From: a virus
Taxonomy: Duplodnaviria; Caudoviricetes
Virus record (IMG/VR): IMGVR_UViG_3300031949_000074
Span: 1-44,747 of that record
Length of the DNA stretch: 44,747 bases
Strand: one strand, 5' to 3'
Positions 1 to 9,884 of this stretch are shown here, in pieces (positions within the stretch are counted from its first letter, which is position 1; every line of letters begins with the position of its first letter). A program made the position numbers and the translations under genes. Below the pieces are notes generated by a model. That model made no database searches, was not told the DNA's origin, and saw only the letters and a program-made list of their open reading frames with translations.

Positions 1-46
1 ATTAGACGTGTGCGCCCGCAACTTTCGGGTAGGGGGTTGACCGGAC

Positions 47-508
47 GTGGGCAAGCGCGGGTTTCCGCCCAAACCGACCAGATTGAAGCTCATTGAGGGC
101 AACCCGGGCAAGCGCCGGCTGAACCGCCGCGAGCCGCAGCCCCGGTCGGGCGCGCCGACGCGCCCCGAGTGGCTGCTGCCCGAAGCCAAGCGCGAGTGGC
201 GCCGCATGGTCGCATGGTTGGAGCCGCAAGGGCTGCTCACCGTGGCCGACCGCGCCGCCCTTTCCGCCTACTGCCAGTGCTGGGCCATGTATGTGCGAGG
301 GATGGAGGACATCGAGCGCAATGGCACGGACTTTGTGACGGACAAGGGCTATCAGGGAGTGCGCCCGGCCGTCACCATCGCAACCAAAATGCTCGAGCAA
401 ATGAACCGGCTTGGGGCCAAGTTCGGCTACACCCCGAGCGACCGCCAGAGCCTGAACGTACCGGAGAAGAACCCCGAGGACGAACTGGATGCCCTACTCA
501 GCGGATAA
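47..508 (+). CDS. terS: Terminase small subunit (P27-like family)
   Basis: N-terminal RGFPPKPTRLKLIEGNPGKR, WLxxEAKREWRR and C-terminal KFGYTPSDR motifs; directly upstream of terL. Confidence 0.93.
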   Translation: MGKRGFPPKPTRLKLIEGNPGKRRLNRREPQPRSGAPTRPEWLLPEAKREWRRMVAWLEPQGLLTVADRAALSAYCQCWAMYVRGMEDIERNGTDFVTDKGYQGVRPAVTIATKMLEQMNRLGAKFGYTPSDRQSLNVPEKNPEDELDALLSG

Positions 509-2033
509 AGCCGCGAAGGCAATCAAGTTCTTCGAACGCGTGCTCGTTCACATCGACGGGGAGTGGAGCGGGCGCCCATTCGAGCTGATGCCGTGGCAGC
601 GGGAGATGATCGGCACGCTGTTTGGCACATTGCGCGAGGACGGGATGCGCCAGTATCGCACCTGCTACTGCGAAATCCCCCGTAAGAGTGGAAAGTCGGA
701 GACCGCCGCCGGGATCGCGCTCTACCTGCTGTTTGCAGACGGGGAGGACGGCGCGCAAATCTACGGCGCCGCCGGGGATCGCGACCAGGCTGGGATCGTC
801 TACCGCGTCGCCGCCGAGATGGCGCGCCGCGCCCCCGTGCTGGCCAAACGCGCCAAGGTACTCGATAGCGTCAAGCGCATCGTCGTGGAGGGCAACGCCT
901 CGTTCTACCGGGCCATTCCCGCCGAGGCTAGCAGCTCGCACGGGTTCAACGCGCACGGAATCATCGTGGATGAGGTGCACGTGCAGCCCAACCGCGACCT
1001 GATTGACGTGCTCAATACCTCCACCGGCGCGCGCCGCCAACCACTGACGTTCTACATCACGACGGCGGGTTGCGACCAGAATAGCATCTGCTGGGAGCTG
1101 CACGACTACGCGCTGAAGGTGCAAAAGGGCGTCATTCAGGACCCGACGTTTTTGCCCGTGGTGTACAACGCCGAGGAGGGCGACAACTGGAAAGACCCGG
1201 CGGTGTGGGCCAAAGCTAACCCGTCGCTGGGCGTGACCATCAAGCTCGACTATCTAGAGCGCGAATGCGCCCGCGCTCAGGAGACCCCGGCCTACGAGAA
1301 TACCTTTCGGAGGCTGCACCTGAACCAGTGGACACGTCAGGAAACACGCTGGCTACCGCTCGACAAGTGGGACGCCTGCGCCGGGCGCGTCGATCCGGCG
1401 ATGCTGGCGGGGCAGCGCTGCTGGGCCGGACTAGACCTCGCCAGCACCGAGGACATTACCGCGCTGGCGCTCGTATTCGCTGACGAGGACGGCGGTTATG
1501 ATGTTCTGCCGTATTTCTGGATACCGGAGGCCACCATCGAGCGCCGCACCCGGCGCGACCGCGTGCCATACGAGCTATGGGCGCGGCAGGGATTGGTCTA
1601 CACCACGCCCGGCAACTCGTGTGACTACTCATTCATCCGCCAGAAGCTAAACGACCTGGCGGAGATTTACGATATTGAGGACGTGGCGATTGACCCCTGG
1701 AACGCGCGCCAGTTGGGCGGCGAGCTGATGGAAGACGGCTTCGATGTGGTGGATTTTCGCCAGGGCTATGTGTCCATGTCCGCGCCCACGAAGGAACTGC
1801 TGCGTCTGGTGCTCGCCGGCAAACTGCGGCACGGGGGAAACCCGGTGCTGCGCTGGATGGCCGACAACATGGTGGTGACGACCGACGCGGCGGCCAACAT
1901 CAAACCGGCGAAGGACAAAAGCACCGAGAGGATCGACGGCATGGTGGCGCTGATTATGGCGCTGGACAGGGGCACGCGGCGTGCGCCGGTGAGACGATCA
2001 GCTTACGAGAGTCACGGCCTGGTGAGCGTCTAA
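489..2033 (+). CDS. terL: Terminase large subunit
   Basis: LMPWQ, Walker A EIPRKSGKS, Walker B IIVDEVH, ITTAG; nuclease motifs GLDLAS and RIDGMVALIMA. Confidence 0.97.
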   Translation: MPYSADKAAKAIKFFERVLVHIDGEWSGRPFELMPWQREMIGTLFGTLREDGMRQYRTCYCEIPRKSGKSETAAGIALYLLFADGEDGAQIYGAAGDRDQAGIVYRVAAEMARRAPVLAKRAKVLDSVKRIVVEGNASFYRAIPAEASSSHGFNAHGIIVDEVHVQPNRDLIDVLNTSTGARRQPLTFYITTAGCDQNSICWELHDYALKVQKGVIQDPTFLPVVYNAEEGDNWKDPAVWAKANPSLGVTIKLDYLERECARAQETPAYENTFRRLHLNQWTRQETRWLPLDKWDACAGRVDPAMLAGQRCWAGLDLASTEDITALALVFADEDGGYDVLPYFWIPEATIERRTRRDRVPYELWARQGLVYTTPGNSCDYSFIRQKLNDLAEIYDIEDVAIDPWNARQLGGELMEDGFDVVDFRQGYVSMSAPTKELLRLVLAGKLRHGGNPVLRWMADNMVVTTDAAANIKPAKDKSTERIDGMVALIMALDRGTRRAPVRRSAYESHGLVSV

Positions 2034-2254
2034 TGTTCGGATGGTTCGAACCGCCCTATCCCGTGCTCGAAAGGGCCATCGTCAACCTGAAAACCAAAAG
2101 CGCCTTCCGCGGCATCGTGTGGGAGCGGCGGGGGCGGTACCTGGTGCTCCGGCAGGCGGAGCTGCTCAAGCCCGGCGGCGAGGCCGTGAAAGTTGACGGC
2201 GAGGTCGCCGTGTTGGAAACCGACATTGAGTTCTTGCAGGTGATTGGGGGCTAG
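2033..2254 (+). CDS. Small Sm/LSm-like (putative RNA-binding) protein
   Basis: IVNLKTKSAFRGIV...YLVLRQAELL...VDGEVAVLETDIEFLQV fits the Sm1/Sm2 strand pattern; coupled to terL and portal. Confidence 0.6.
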   Translation: MFGWFEPPYPVLERAIVNLKTKSAFRGIVWERRGRYLVLRQAELLKPGGEAVKVDGEVAVLETDIEFLQVIGG

Positions 2255-4164
2255 TGATGCCCGTCATTCAATCGCTAGGCCAGATACAGACGCTCGAACC
2301 CGGCTGGAGTGCCAGCCCGAGCTGGGGCAGTCTGCGCATGTACAACGACTATAGCGTTGACTACCAGACGATCTACCGCACGCAGCCGAATGTCTCGACC
2401 GCGGTGGATTTCCTGGCGCGCAACGTCGCGCAGCTCGGCCTGCATACCTACCGGCGCGTGTCCGACACCGACCGCAAGCGGCTGACCGACCACCCGCTGG
2501 CGAAGATCATCAAGCAGCCCAATCAGTTCACGACCACCTACCGGCTCGTCAACTCGCTCATGTCCGACCTGGGGATATTCGACAACGGCTACTGGTACAA
2601 GTTCCGCAAACCCCAATATGCCCTGCTGCGCATTCCGCCGCAACTGGTGACGGTGCAGGGCGGCTTTGTGCCTGAGCAATACGAGATCAGCCTCCCGCGC
2701 GGGATGCTAAAAGCATTGCCGAGCGAGATCGTGCACTTCCGTGGCTATAACCCGGACAGCAGCACTATCGGCCTGTCCAACATCGAGAAGCTCCACCGCA
2801 TTCTGGCAGAGGAGTATGCGATGGAGGACTATCGCGAGTACTTCTGGCGCAACAGCGCGCGCATGGGTGGGATTATCAAGCGCCCCATGGAGGCGCCGGA
2901 ATGGAGCGATACCGCCCGCGCGCGTTTCGTGTCCGAGTTCGAGGCGTTGTACTCCGGTGGGGCCAATAGCGGCAAAACGGCCGTGCTTGAGGACGGCATG
3001 GACTGGCAGCAGGGAACGTTCAGCGCTCAGGAGTCCGAGTACCTGCTGGGCCGCAAGCTGACGCGTGAGGAAGTCGCGCGCGCTTACCACATTCCGCTGC
3101 CGATGGTCGGCATTCTCGATAATGCCACGTTCTCGAACGTCAAAGAGCAGCACAAGAACCTCTACCAGGACTGCCTGGGGCCCTGGCTCAAGATGATCGA
3201 AGAGGAGATCGAGCTTCAGTTGCTGCCGGACTTCCAGGATGTTGACGGCGTCTATGTCGAGTTCAACATTCAGGAGAAGTTGGCCGGTTCATTCGAGGAT
3301 CAGACGGCGGCGCTGCAATCGGCGGTCGGGCGCCCGTGGATGACGGCGAACGAGGCGCGGGCGCGGTTTAACCTGCCGAGCCAGGCCGGCGACGCCGACC
3401 GCCTGGTGACGCCGCTGAACGTGCTCGCCGGCGGGCAGGCCAGTTCGCGCGACAGCGCCCCGCCGAAGGCATTGGGCATGAAAGCGCGCGGGGATGTAGA
3501 CGGCACGCGAGGCGAGATGCGCGGGCAGTATGTGCTGCTGTGGCAGGAACGGCTCGTCGGATTCTTTCAGCGGCAGGAACGCGCCATCATGTCGCGCACG
3601 CCCGCGAAGGCGAACGTCAACGACATTTGGCAGGACGAGGCTCGCTGGAATGACGAGCTGCAAGAAGTCGCGCTAAAACTGAACGTCGCTACCGCGCGCG
3701 CGTGGGCCATCGGCGTGGCGTCTGCCGTAAACAGCGGCGTGGATGAGGATCGTATGCTGGGTTGGTTGACCGAGGATGCCCGTATCATGGCCGAGGAGGT
3801 TAACGCGGCGACCCGTGCGCATGTGGCTGACGCGTTGCTGGCCGAGAACATCCGTCGGGCCGTACGCGATGTGTTCACACTAGCGAAAGAGGTGCGCGCG
3901 CCATCGCTGGCCGAGACAAAGGTCACGAGCGCAAGCAACTTTGGGGCCACCGAGGGGGCTAAGGCGGGCGGGCTGCGACGCAAAACCTGGCAAGTGAACA
4001 GCACCAACCCGCGCGACGCGCACGCCGCCATCAACGGGGAGACGGTGGATATCGAGAAGCGGTTTAGCAACGGCATGCTTTGGCCCGGCGACCCGGCGGG
4101 CGGCGTGGATAACAATGCGGGCTGTCAGTGTTCAGTACGGTTCTCAAGGGGGGAACAGCCATGA
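2254..4164 (+). CDS. HK97-family portal protein fused to a C-terminal MuF-like minor head domain
   Basis: Portal motifs (EIVHFRGYNP, GKTAVLEDGM, EEVARAYHIP, WMTANEARARFNLP) then KTW...RDAH..INGETV...FSNGMLWPGDP...NNAGCQC. Confidence 0.9.
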   Translation: MMPVIQSLGQIQTLEPGWSASPSWGSLRMYNDYSVDYQTIYRTQPNVSTAVDFLARNVAQLGLHTYRRVSDTDRKRLTDHPLAKIIKQPNQFTTTYRLVNSLMSDLGIFDNGYWYKFRKPQYALLRIPPQLVTVQGGFVPEQYEISLPRGMLKALPSEIVHFRGYNPDSSTIGLSNIEKLHRILAEEYAMEDYREYFWRNSARMGGIIKRPMEAPEWSDTARARFVSEFEALYSGGANSGKTAVLEDGMDWQQGTFSAQESEYLLGRKLTREEVARAYHIPLPMVGILDNATFSNVKEQHKNLYQDCLGPWLKMIEEEIELQLLPDFQDVDGVYVEFNIQEKLAGSFEDQTAALQSAVGRPWMTANEARARFNLPSQAGDADRLVTPLNVLAGGQASSRDSAPPKALGMKARGDVDGTRGEMRGQYVLLWQERLVGFFQRQERAIMSRTPAKANVNDIWQDEARWNDELQEVALKLNVATARAWAIGVASAVNSGVDEDRMLGWLTEDARIMAEEVNAATRAHVADALLAENIRRAVRDVFTLAKEVRAPSLAETKVTSASNFGATEGAKAGGLRRKTWQVNSTNPRDAHAAINGETVDIEKRFSNGMLWPGDPAGGVDNNAGCQCSVRFSRGEQP

Positions 4165-4817
4165 ATTACAAGAGCTACTTGGCCCAGTACAAGGCGCTTG
4201 ATAGCGAGCAGGGCACGTTTGAGGCCATCGTGGCCGTGTTCGGCAACATTGACCTGATGGGTGACAAAATCATCCCCGGCGCATTTGCCAAGAGCCTGGA
4301 GAACTGGCGCGCCAAGGGGCGCCCCATCCCCGTGGTATTCGCGCACGATCATCGCAACCTGGACGCCCATATTGGCGAGGTGCTTGATGCCAAGGAGATC
4401 GAACAGGGGCTGTGGATAAAGGGCGGGCTTGAGATGGACGAGCCGTTCGCCCAGCGCGTGTTCAAGAAGATGAAAAAGGGAACGCTGGCCGAATTCTCGT
4501 TTGCCTATGATTTGGTGAGCTCGGCATGGGTGGAAGAGAACGGCAAGAGCTTCCAGGAGCTACGCGAACTGGACATCATCGAGGTCGGCCCCTGCCTAAA
4601 GGGGGCCAACCCTGAAACGGCGCTGCTCGGCGTCAAGGCCGACAGCCCCGCCTATATACAAGCGGCCCACGACCTGCTGCTGACACTCGGCGCGAAATGC
4701 CCGGCTGAAGGTGACAGCGATCCCGCCCCGGACGACGAGACGGCTGATGGCCGTAAGTCAAGTTCGGGGTCAGCGGAGACGCTGGCCGAGCGGCTGCGCA
4801 TTGAGACGTTGCTGTGA
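4161..4817 (+). CDS. HK97-family prohead protease
   Basis: GTFEAIVAVFGNIDLMGDKIIPGAFAKSL, FAHDH, FSFAY, EVGPCLKGANP; ATG at 4161 overlaps the portal stop. Confidence 0.93.
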   Translation: MNYKSYLAQYKALDSEQGTFEAIVAVFGNIDLMGDKIIPGAFAKSLENWRAKGRPIPVVFAHDHRNLDAHIGEVLDAKEIEQGLWIKGGLEMDEPFAQRVFKKMKKGTLAEFSFAYDLVSSAWVEENGKSFQELRELDIIEVGPCLKGANPETALLGVKADSPAYIQAAHDLLLTLGAKCPAEGDSDPAPDDETADGRKSSSGSAETLAERLRIETLL

Positions 4818-4854
4818 ACGTGGCGGGCCACTAACATGAACTAGGAGCATTGAC

Positions 4855-6162
4855 GTGAAACTAGCAGAACTCAAGGCCAGGCGAAACGACGTTCTCACTC
4901 AGGCGATTGGCATTTGCAACACGGCCATCGCCGACGACAACCGCCCGCTCACCGAGGATGAGAAGGCGCGCGTGGGCGCATTGCAGACTGAGGCAGAGGG
5001 CTACAAGGGCCAGATCAAGGCATTGGAAGATGACGAAGCGCTCAAGGCGGCCATTATCGCCTTCGGCGCTGGCATGGAGCAGGTTCCGCCCGCGAGCGTC
5101 AAGGCGAGCGACCGCAAGGCGGTTGCGCATGACATCGCCTCAATGTTGCTCGATTCCGCCGAGTACAAGTCCTGGATCGGCTCCGCGATGAGCGGCGGGC
5201 GCATTCCGGACGGCGCCCGGCTGGCGTCTTCGCCGCCCTTCTCGATGCCCGCACTGCTCAAGAGCATCGGCTACAAGGCGCTCGTCACCGGCGACAGCGC
5301 TACCAGCGCGGGCGCGTTTGTCGAACCGGACTACACCGGCATCTATGAGCCGTTGGGACGGCGAGCCCTGAACCTGCTTGATCTAATCCCACGCCGTCGC
5401 ACGACCAGCGATATCGTCTGGTTTGTGCGGCAGACGGCCATGATTACGCAGGCCACGACCGTGGCAGAGGCCAACGTGACTACCTATGCCGGGGCCACCG
5501 GCGAGGTTAGTGGCGAGAAGCCCGAGGGCACGCTCACGTTCGAGCAGGCCAACACGAACGTCAAGACTATCGCGGTCTGGATTCCCGTGTCACGCCGGGC
5601 GCTGTCTGACGCCGCGCAAATCCGGGGCATCATCGACCAGGAACTGCGTGAGGACGTTCAGGAGGAGTTGGAAGACCAAATCTACGACGGGGACGGCGTG
5701 GGCGAGAACTTCCTGGGCATCACCGTCACGCCGAACGTGCTTACCCAGGCGTGGGACACCGACGCGCTGACGACCATCCGCAAGGCGAGGACGGCCGTAG
5801 AGGTAACGGGGCGCAGCCGCCCGACCGGACTGGCCATCCATCCGAACGATGCGGAGATGCTCGATCTCTTGAAAGATGGCGACAATCGCTTCTACTTCGG
5901 TGGGCCGATAGACGGCGGCGCGGATCGCGTCTGGCGCGTGCCGGTGGTCGTCTCTGAGGCCGTGGCCGAGGGGCAAGGCATCCTGGCCGACTGGCGCAAG
6001 TGCGTGATGTGGGACCGGGAGCAGGCGACCATCACCATGAGCGACTCGCATTCAGATTTCTTTATCAGGAATCTAATTGCGGTGCTGTGCGAGCTAAGAG
6101 CAGCCTTCGCTGTGGTCAGGCCGGCCGCATTCTGCCTGGTTGACCTTACTAGCGGCAGCTAG
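4855..6162 (+). CDS. Major capsid protein (HK97 fold, N-terminal scaffold/delta domain)
   Basis: Coiled-coil N-terminus; GEKPEGTLTF, VKTIAVWIPVSRRALSDA, GDGVGENFLGI, FIRNLIAVLCELRAAFAVVRPAAF. Confidence 0.95.
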   Translation: MKLAELKARRNDVLTQAIGICNTAIADDNRPLTEDEKARVGALQTEAEGYKGQIKALEDDEALKAAIIAFGAGMEQVPPASVKASDRKAVAHDIASMLLDSAEYKSWIGSAMSGGRIPDGARLASSPPFSMPALLKSIGYKALVTGDSATSAGAFVEPDYTGIYEPLGRRALNLLDLIPRRRTTSDIVWFVRQTAMITQATTVAEANVTTYAGATGEVSGEKPEGTLTFEQANTNVKTIAVWIPVSRRALSDAAQIRGIIDQELREDVQEELEDQIYDGDGVGENFLGITVTPNVLTQAWDTDALTTIRKARTAVEVTGRSRPTGLAIHPNDAEMLDLLKDGDNRFYFGGPIDGGADRVWRVPVVVSEAVAEGQGILADWRKCVMWDREQATITMSDSHSDFFIRNLIAVLCELRAAFAVVRPAAFCLVDLTSGS

Positions 6163-6171
6163 GAGTAACCG

Positions 6172-7887
6172 GTGATGGCGCCGCGCATCAGCATCGTCTG
6201 CCAGAATAGCCAAGAGGATCGCATCATCCCGCGCATGGCGCGGGCGTTGCGGGACGCTTGGGGCTGGACGCTGGGCGCGGCGCCTGATCCAAAGGCCGAC
6301 GCGGTCTATCTGAGTGCGTATTTCGAGGTGCAGAAGTTGAAGCCATGGCCCGACAAGCCGCTCGCGGCATACCTAACTCACCGAGAGGAGGTGCCGGCCG
6401 GCAATGCAAAAGCGAGGCTGTTTGACACCGTGGCACAGCGGTTGCAATTGCGGGTGGCGACCTGTCGGCTATATGCCGACTACCTATCTCAGTGGGGGCC
6501 GACCATCCAGGCCGCCGCCCCGCTCGAACGAGACCGCTTCACAATCGCCCGGCGGGCTAATAATCGCCCGGTGGTCGGGTTCAGCGGCTACACCTATGCC
6601 AACCACCGCAAGGGCGAGGACATGGTGAAGGGACTGCTCGCATCCAAGCTTGCGGCCAAATGCGAATGGCGCGCCTCCGGGCGCGGCTGGCCGGTGCCCA
6701 CCCGCCGCTACGCCTGGGCCGATATGCCCAAGTTCTACCAGTCGCTAGACGTGCTGGTAGTTCCCTCGCGCGTGGAGGGCATTCCCATGCCGCCCCTGGA
6801 GGCGCTCGCCACCGGCTGCAAGGTCGTCATCCCGCGCGGCGTGGGGCTGCTGGACGAGTTGACACTTGTGCCGGGTATCCACCGCTATGAGCGCGGCGAT
6901 CTGGGCTCGCTGCTGGCGGCGCTCGCGGTGGCGCTTGAAATCGAGGCCGACCCGGAGCGCTTGCGGGCGGTTACCGCGCCCTACTCTGTCGGCAACTGGT
7001 GTCGGGATATCGGCGCGGGTATGCACTCGCTGCTCGGCATTAACGCCGAGCCGGTGGATGCGGGGATGGCGGAGCCGCCCGCCGAGGCCGAACCCATAAC
7101 GGTGGAGGTATCGCCCGTGAAGCCCGTCGAACGTGGCACTAACAGCAAACGCGGCATCTACGTGGTGGCCTTCGGCGAGCCATCCCGCTGGTGTGCTAAG
7201 CGGCTGATCAAAAGCATTACCAAACATATGCCGGATGTGCCGGTCGCGCTCTGCGCGGCTAAGCCGCTCGGGCTTGGCGAGCTGTTCATCAAGGGCGAGG
7301 ATTCCGACGTTGGCGGGCGGCGTGCCAAACTCCGCGCCTACGAACTCGCGCCTGCCGAGTGGCAGAGCGTGCTCTACCTGGATGCCGACACCGTGGTAGT
7401 CGCGCCCATCCACCGCTATTTCGAGTGGGTGGAATCGGGCTGGGAGTTCGTCATCTGCAAAGACCCTCATCTCATGGACACGATGCACGCGTTCGAGCGC
7501 CCCAACAATCGCGCCGAACTGAGCGAGATCAAGGCCACGGTGAGGACGCTGCATGCGTTGCAGATCAATGGCGGCGTGTGGGCGTTCGCGCGGAATGAGC
7601 GCGTCGCGAGATTCTTCGCTCGCTGGCAGGCCGAATGGGAGAAGTACGCGCAGAGAGATCAGGGCGCCTTGCTCCGGGCGCTCTATGCCGACCCGCTCAA
7701 AACGCTGTGGCTGGGCAACGAGTGGAACACGTTTGACAAATACACCAAGGGCATCACAACCGCCGGATTGCGGCACTACCCGGGCGACGCACGACGCTGG
7801 AACGGCGTGATACCGGGGCGCATTGACGGGCCGGAGGCATGGCGCATGGCGAAACGTTACGAGCAGACATGGAGGCCCAAAGCGTGA
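6172..7887 (+). CDS. Two-domain glycosyltransferase (GT4-like GT-B domain plus GT-A/GT8-like domain)
   Basis: DVLVVPSRVEGIPMPPLEALATGCKVV (GT4 EX7E); C-terminal VLYLDADT (DxD), INGGV, RDQGALLRAL, WN. Confidence 0.85.
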   Translation: MMAPRISIVCQNSQEDRIIPRMARALRDAWGWTLGAAPDPKADAVYLSAYFEVQKLKPWPDKPLAAYLTHREEVPAGNAKARLFDTVAQRLQLRVATCRLYADYLSQWGPTIQAAAPLERDRFTIARRANNRPVVGFSGYTYANHRKGEDMVKGLLASKLAAKCEWRASGRGWPVPTRRYAWADMPKFYQSLDVLVVPSRVEGIPMPPLEALATGCKVVIPRGVGLLDELTLVPGIHRYERGDLGSLLAALAVALEIEADPERLRAVTAPYSVGNWCRDIGAGMHSLLGINAEPVDAGMAEPPAEAEPITVEVSPVKPVERGTNSKRGIYVVAFGEPSRWCAKRLIKSITKHMPDVPVALCAAKPLGLGELFIKGEDSDVGGRRAKLRAYELAPAEWQSVLYLDADTVVVAPIHRYFEWVESGWEFVICKDPHLMDTMHAFERPNNRAELSEIKATVRTLHALQINGGVWAFARNERVARFFARWQAEWEKYAQRDQGALLRALYADPLKTLWLGNEWNTFDKYTKGITTAGLRHYPGDARRWNGVIPGRIDGPEAWRMAKRYEQTWRPKA

Positions 7888-8690
7888 ACGATTGCGTTCC
7901 TCATCCCGAGGTCGTAAACCGTCACCCGTCCGTGCTGATCGTCGGCTACGGCCACGTTGGGCAGCAGATGAACCGCTGGTTCCCCGACGCGCATCATGTC
8001 GATCTGGACGGCGTGATTCGCAATCCCGGCGGGCTGCCCGTGCTGAAGGCGCATGGAATCTATGATCTGGGGTTCATCTGCGTGCCGACGCCCGCCCGTG
8101 CCGATGGGCGCTGCGATTTGGGTTGCGTGGGGGCCGCGTTTGTCACATGGCACAACCGCGCCCGCTACTGGTGCATCAAGTCCACCATCGAGGTCGGCAC
8201 GACCGAGCGATACGGCGGGGATGTATGTTTCAGCCCGGAGTTGTATGGCGAGACGATAGGACATCCGCTGCGTGACGTTCTGCCGTTCGTCATTCTAGGA
8301 GGGCCGCGCGAGGTGACGAACGCATTTGCCACCGCATGGACGCTCGTCACCAACAGTGAACTTCGCATCTACCAGACGGATAGCCGGACGGCGGAACTAT
8401 GCAAGTTGATGGAAAACTCATGGCTAGCCACGCAGGTGTCGTTCTGCAACCAGTTCTACGACCTGGCAAAACTGGCCGGGGTGGACTATCACGAGTTGCG
8501 CGAGTTGTGGCTGGCCGACCCGCGCATGCCGCGCACGCACACCTATGTTTACCCTGACAACAGGGGCTTTGGGGGGAAATGTCTGCCCAAAGACACCGCC
8601 AACCTGTGTGCGTGGAGCCGAGACAAAGGCCAACCGGCAGAACTCATTGAGGCGGTGCGCGAGTACAACCGGAGGCTGAGGGCGAAATGA
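7884..8690 (+). CDS. UDP-glucose/GDP-mannose dehydrogenase family protein, lacking the C-terminal domain
   Basis: IVGYGHVG, FICVPTP, IKST, FSPE, AELCKLMENSWLA, GFGGKCLPKD; GTG at 7884 overlaps the upstream stop. Confidence 0.9.
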   Translation: MNDCVPHPEVVNRHPSVLIVGYGHVGQQMNRWFPDAHHVDLDGVIRNPGGLPVLKAHGIYDLGFICVPTPARADGRCDLGCVGAAFVTWHNRARYWCIKSTIEVGTTERYGGDVCFSPELYGETIGHPLRDVLPFVILGGPREVTNAFATAWTLVTNSELRIYQTDSRTAELCKLMENSWLATQVSFCNQFYDLAKLAGVDYHELRELWLADPRMPRTHTYVYPDNRGFGGKCLPKDTANLCAWSRDKGQPAELIEAVREYNRRLRAK

Positions 8691-9376
8691 CGGATATTGT
8701 CGTGACCACCTGCGAACGCCTGCCGCTGTTGCAGCGGACATTGGAGCATCTATGGGCGCGGACGGAGACGCCTTACCGGCTGCACGTCATTGACGACGCC
8801 TCGGTAGGAGGCAACCAAGCCTACCTGGCCGCGCTGCTGGCCGCCGGCAAGGTCGCGCGCGTTCATCAGCACACGCGGCGCGTCGGCATTCCGTTCCACC
8901 TGCGCTCGCTGACGAAGATCACCGCGTCTGACCCCATCGTCTTTACCGATGACGACATTCTCTGCCCGCGCCTAGAACCGGATTGGCTGGCACGCGGGTT
9001 GGCGGCGATGGAGCAATATCCGGAGTTGGGGCTGCTGGCGCTCAACAGTCCGGAGTGCAATGTCACGGGCGGGCGTGGGCAGAAGGAGCCGGGAGAGCCA
9101 GTGACATTCTGCCGCAACGTGGGCGGCTCGCTTGTATTCGCGCGGCGGGCCGTGTTGGACGCCTGCCAACCGCCGGACGGCACTACCAGCGCGGTGAAGT
9201 GGCTGTGCCTCGATGCGGCCCGGCGGGGCTGGCGCATCGGCTATCTCACCAGCGTCTACTGCCAACACGTCGGCACCATCTCCGTACGCAACCAGAAGGA
9301 CCTGAGCCGGATCATCGATCCGGTACTGCCCGTGGATTCTGAAACGTTGGAGCCGCCCGATGCCTACAAAGGATGA
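8687..9376 (+). CDS. Glycosyltransferase family 2-like
   Basis: DIVVTTCERLPLLQRTL, VIDDAS, IVFTDDDI, CQHVG. Confidence 0.85.
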   Translation: MTDIVVTTCERLPLLQRTLEHLWARTETPYRLHVIDDASVGGNQAYLAALLAAGKVARVHQHTRRVGIPFHLRSLTKITASDPIVFTDDDILCPRLEPDWLARGLAAMEQYPELGLLALNSPECNVTGGRGQKEPGEPVTFCRNVGGSLVFARRAVLDACQPPDGTTSAVKWLCLDAARRGWRIGYLTSVYCQHVGTISVRNQKDLSRIIDPVLPVDSETLEPPDAYKG

Positions 9377-9884
9377 GCGAGTGACGTCCGTCCGCATGGC
9401 GCAGTTGCGGACTTTTGCGCCTGACGTGTTCGCGCCCGGCACGTTGCTGTATGTCGGAGCTAGCGTCCACCGCATTCAGTTCCTGCCGGAGCTGATGGCT
9501 GCCGGGCGGCGCGTGACCATCCTGGAAGTTTGGCCGGCGAACTGCGACCATTTCAAGGCGCAAGGCTACGACGTGATTCTTGGCGACGTGTGCGCGCTGC
9601 CCGACCTGCCGCATTTCGACGTGGCCTTCTGGTGGCATGGTCCTGAGCACATCGCCAAAGCCGACCTGCCGACGGCGCTTGCCGGGCTGGAACGCCATGC
9701 TCGGCTGGTCGTGGCCAGCGCGCCGTGGGGCATCTCAAAGCAGCGTGACATCTACGGCAACCCCTGGAATCGGCATGTGAGCACGCTCTATCCGCGCGAC
9801 TTCGCGCGGCTAGGCTACCGGGTTAACACCGTCGGGCGCGAGAACACCGGCTCGGCCTCGAACATCCTGGCGGTGAAACCGTGA
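9360..9884 (+). CDS. Class I SAM-dependent methyltransferase-like protein (true start may be 9381 or 9396)
   Basis: LLYVGAS, VTILEVW, VILGDV, FDVAFWWHGPEHI pattern. Confidence 0.7.
   Translation: MPTKDERVTSVRMAQLRTFAPDVFAPGTLLYVGASVHRIQFLPELMAAGRRVTILEVWPANCDHFKAQGYDVILGDVCALPDLPHFDVAFWWHGPEHIAKADLPTALAGLERHARLVVASAPWGISKQRDIYGNPWNRHVSTLYPRDFARLGYRVNTVGRENTGSASNILAVKP

Noticed and set aside
6745-7776. Long antisense ORFs (also 18836-19768, 24996-25934, 36584-37486)
   Set aside because: Shadow ORFs opposite well-supported genes, expected in high-GC DNA; no recognisable motifs.
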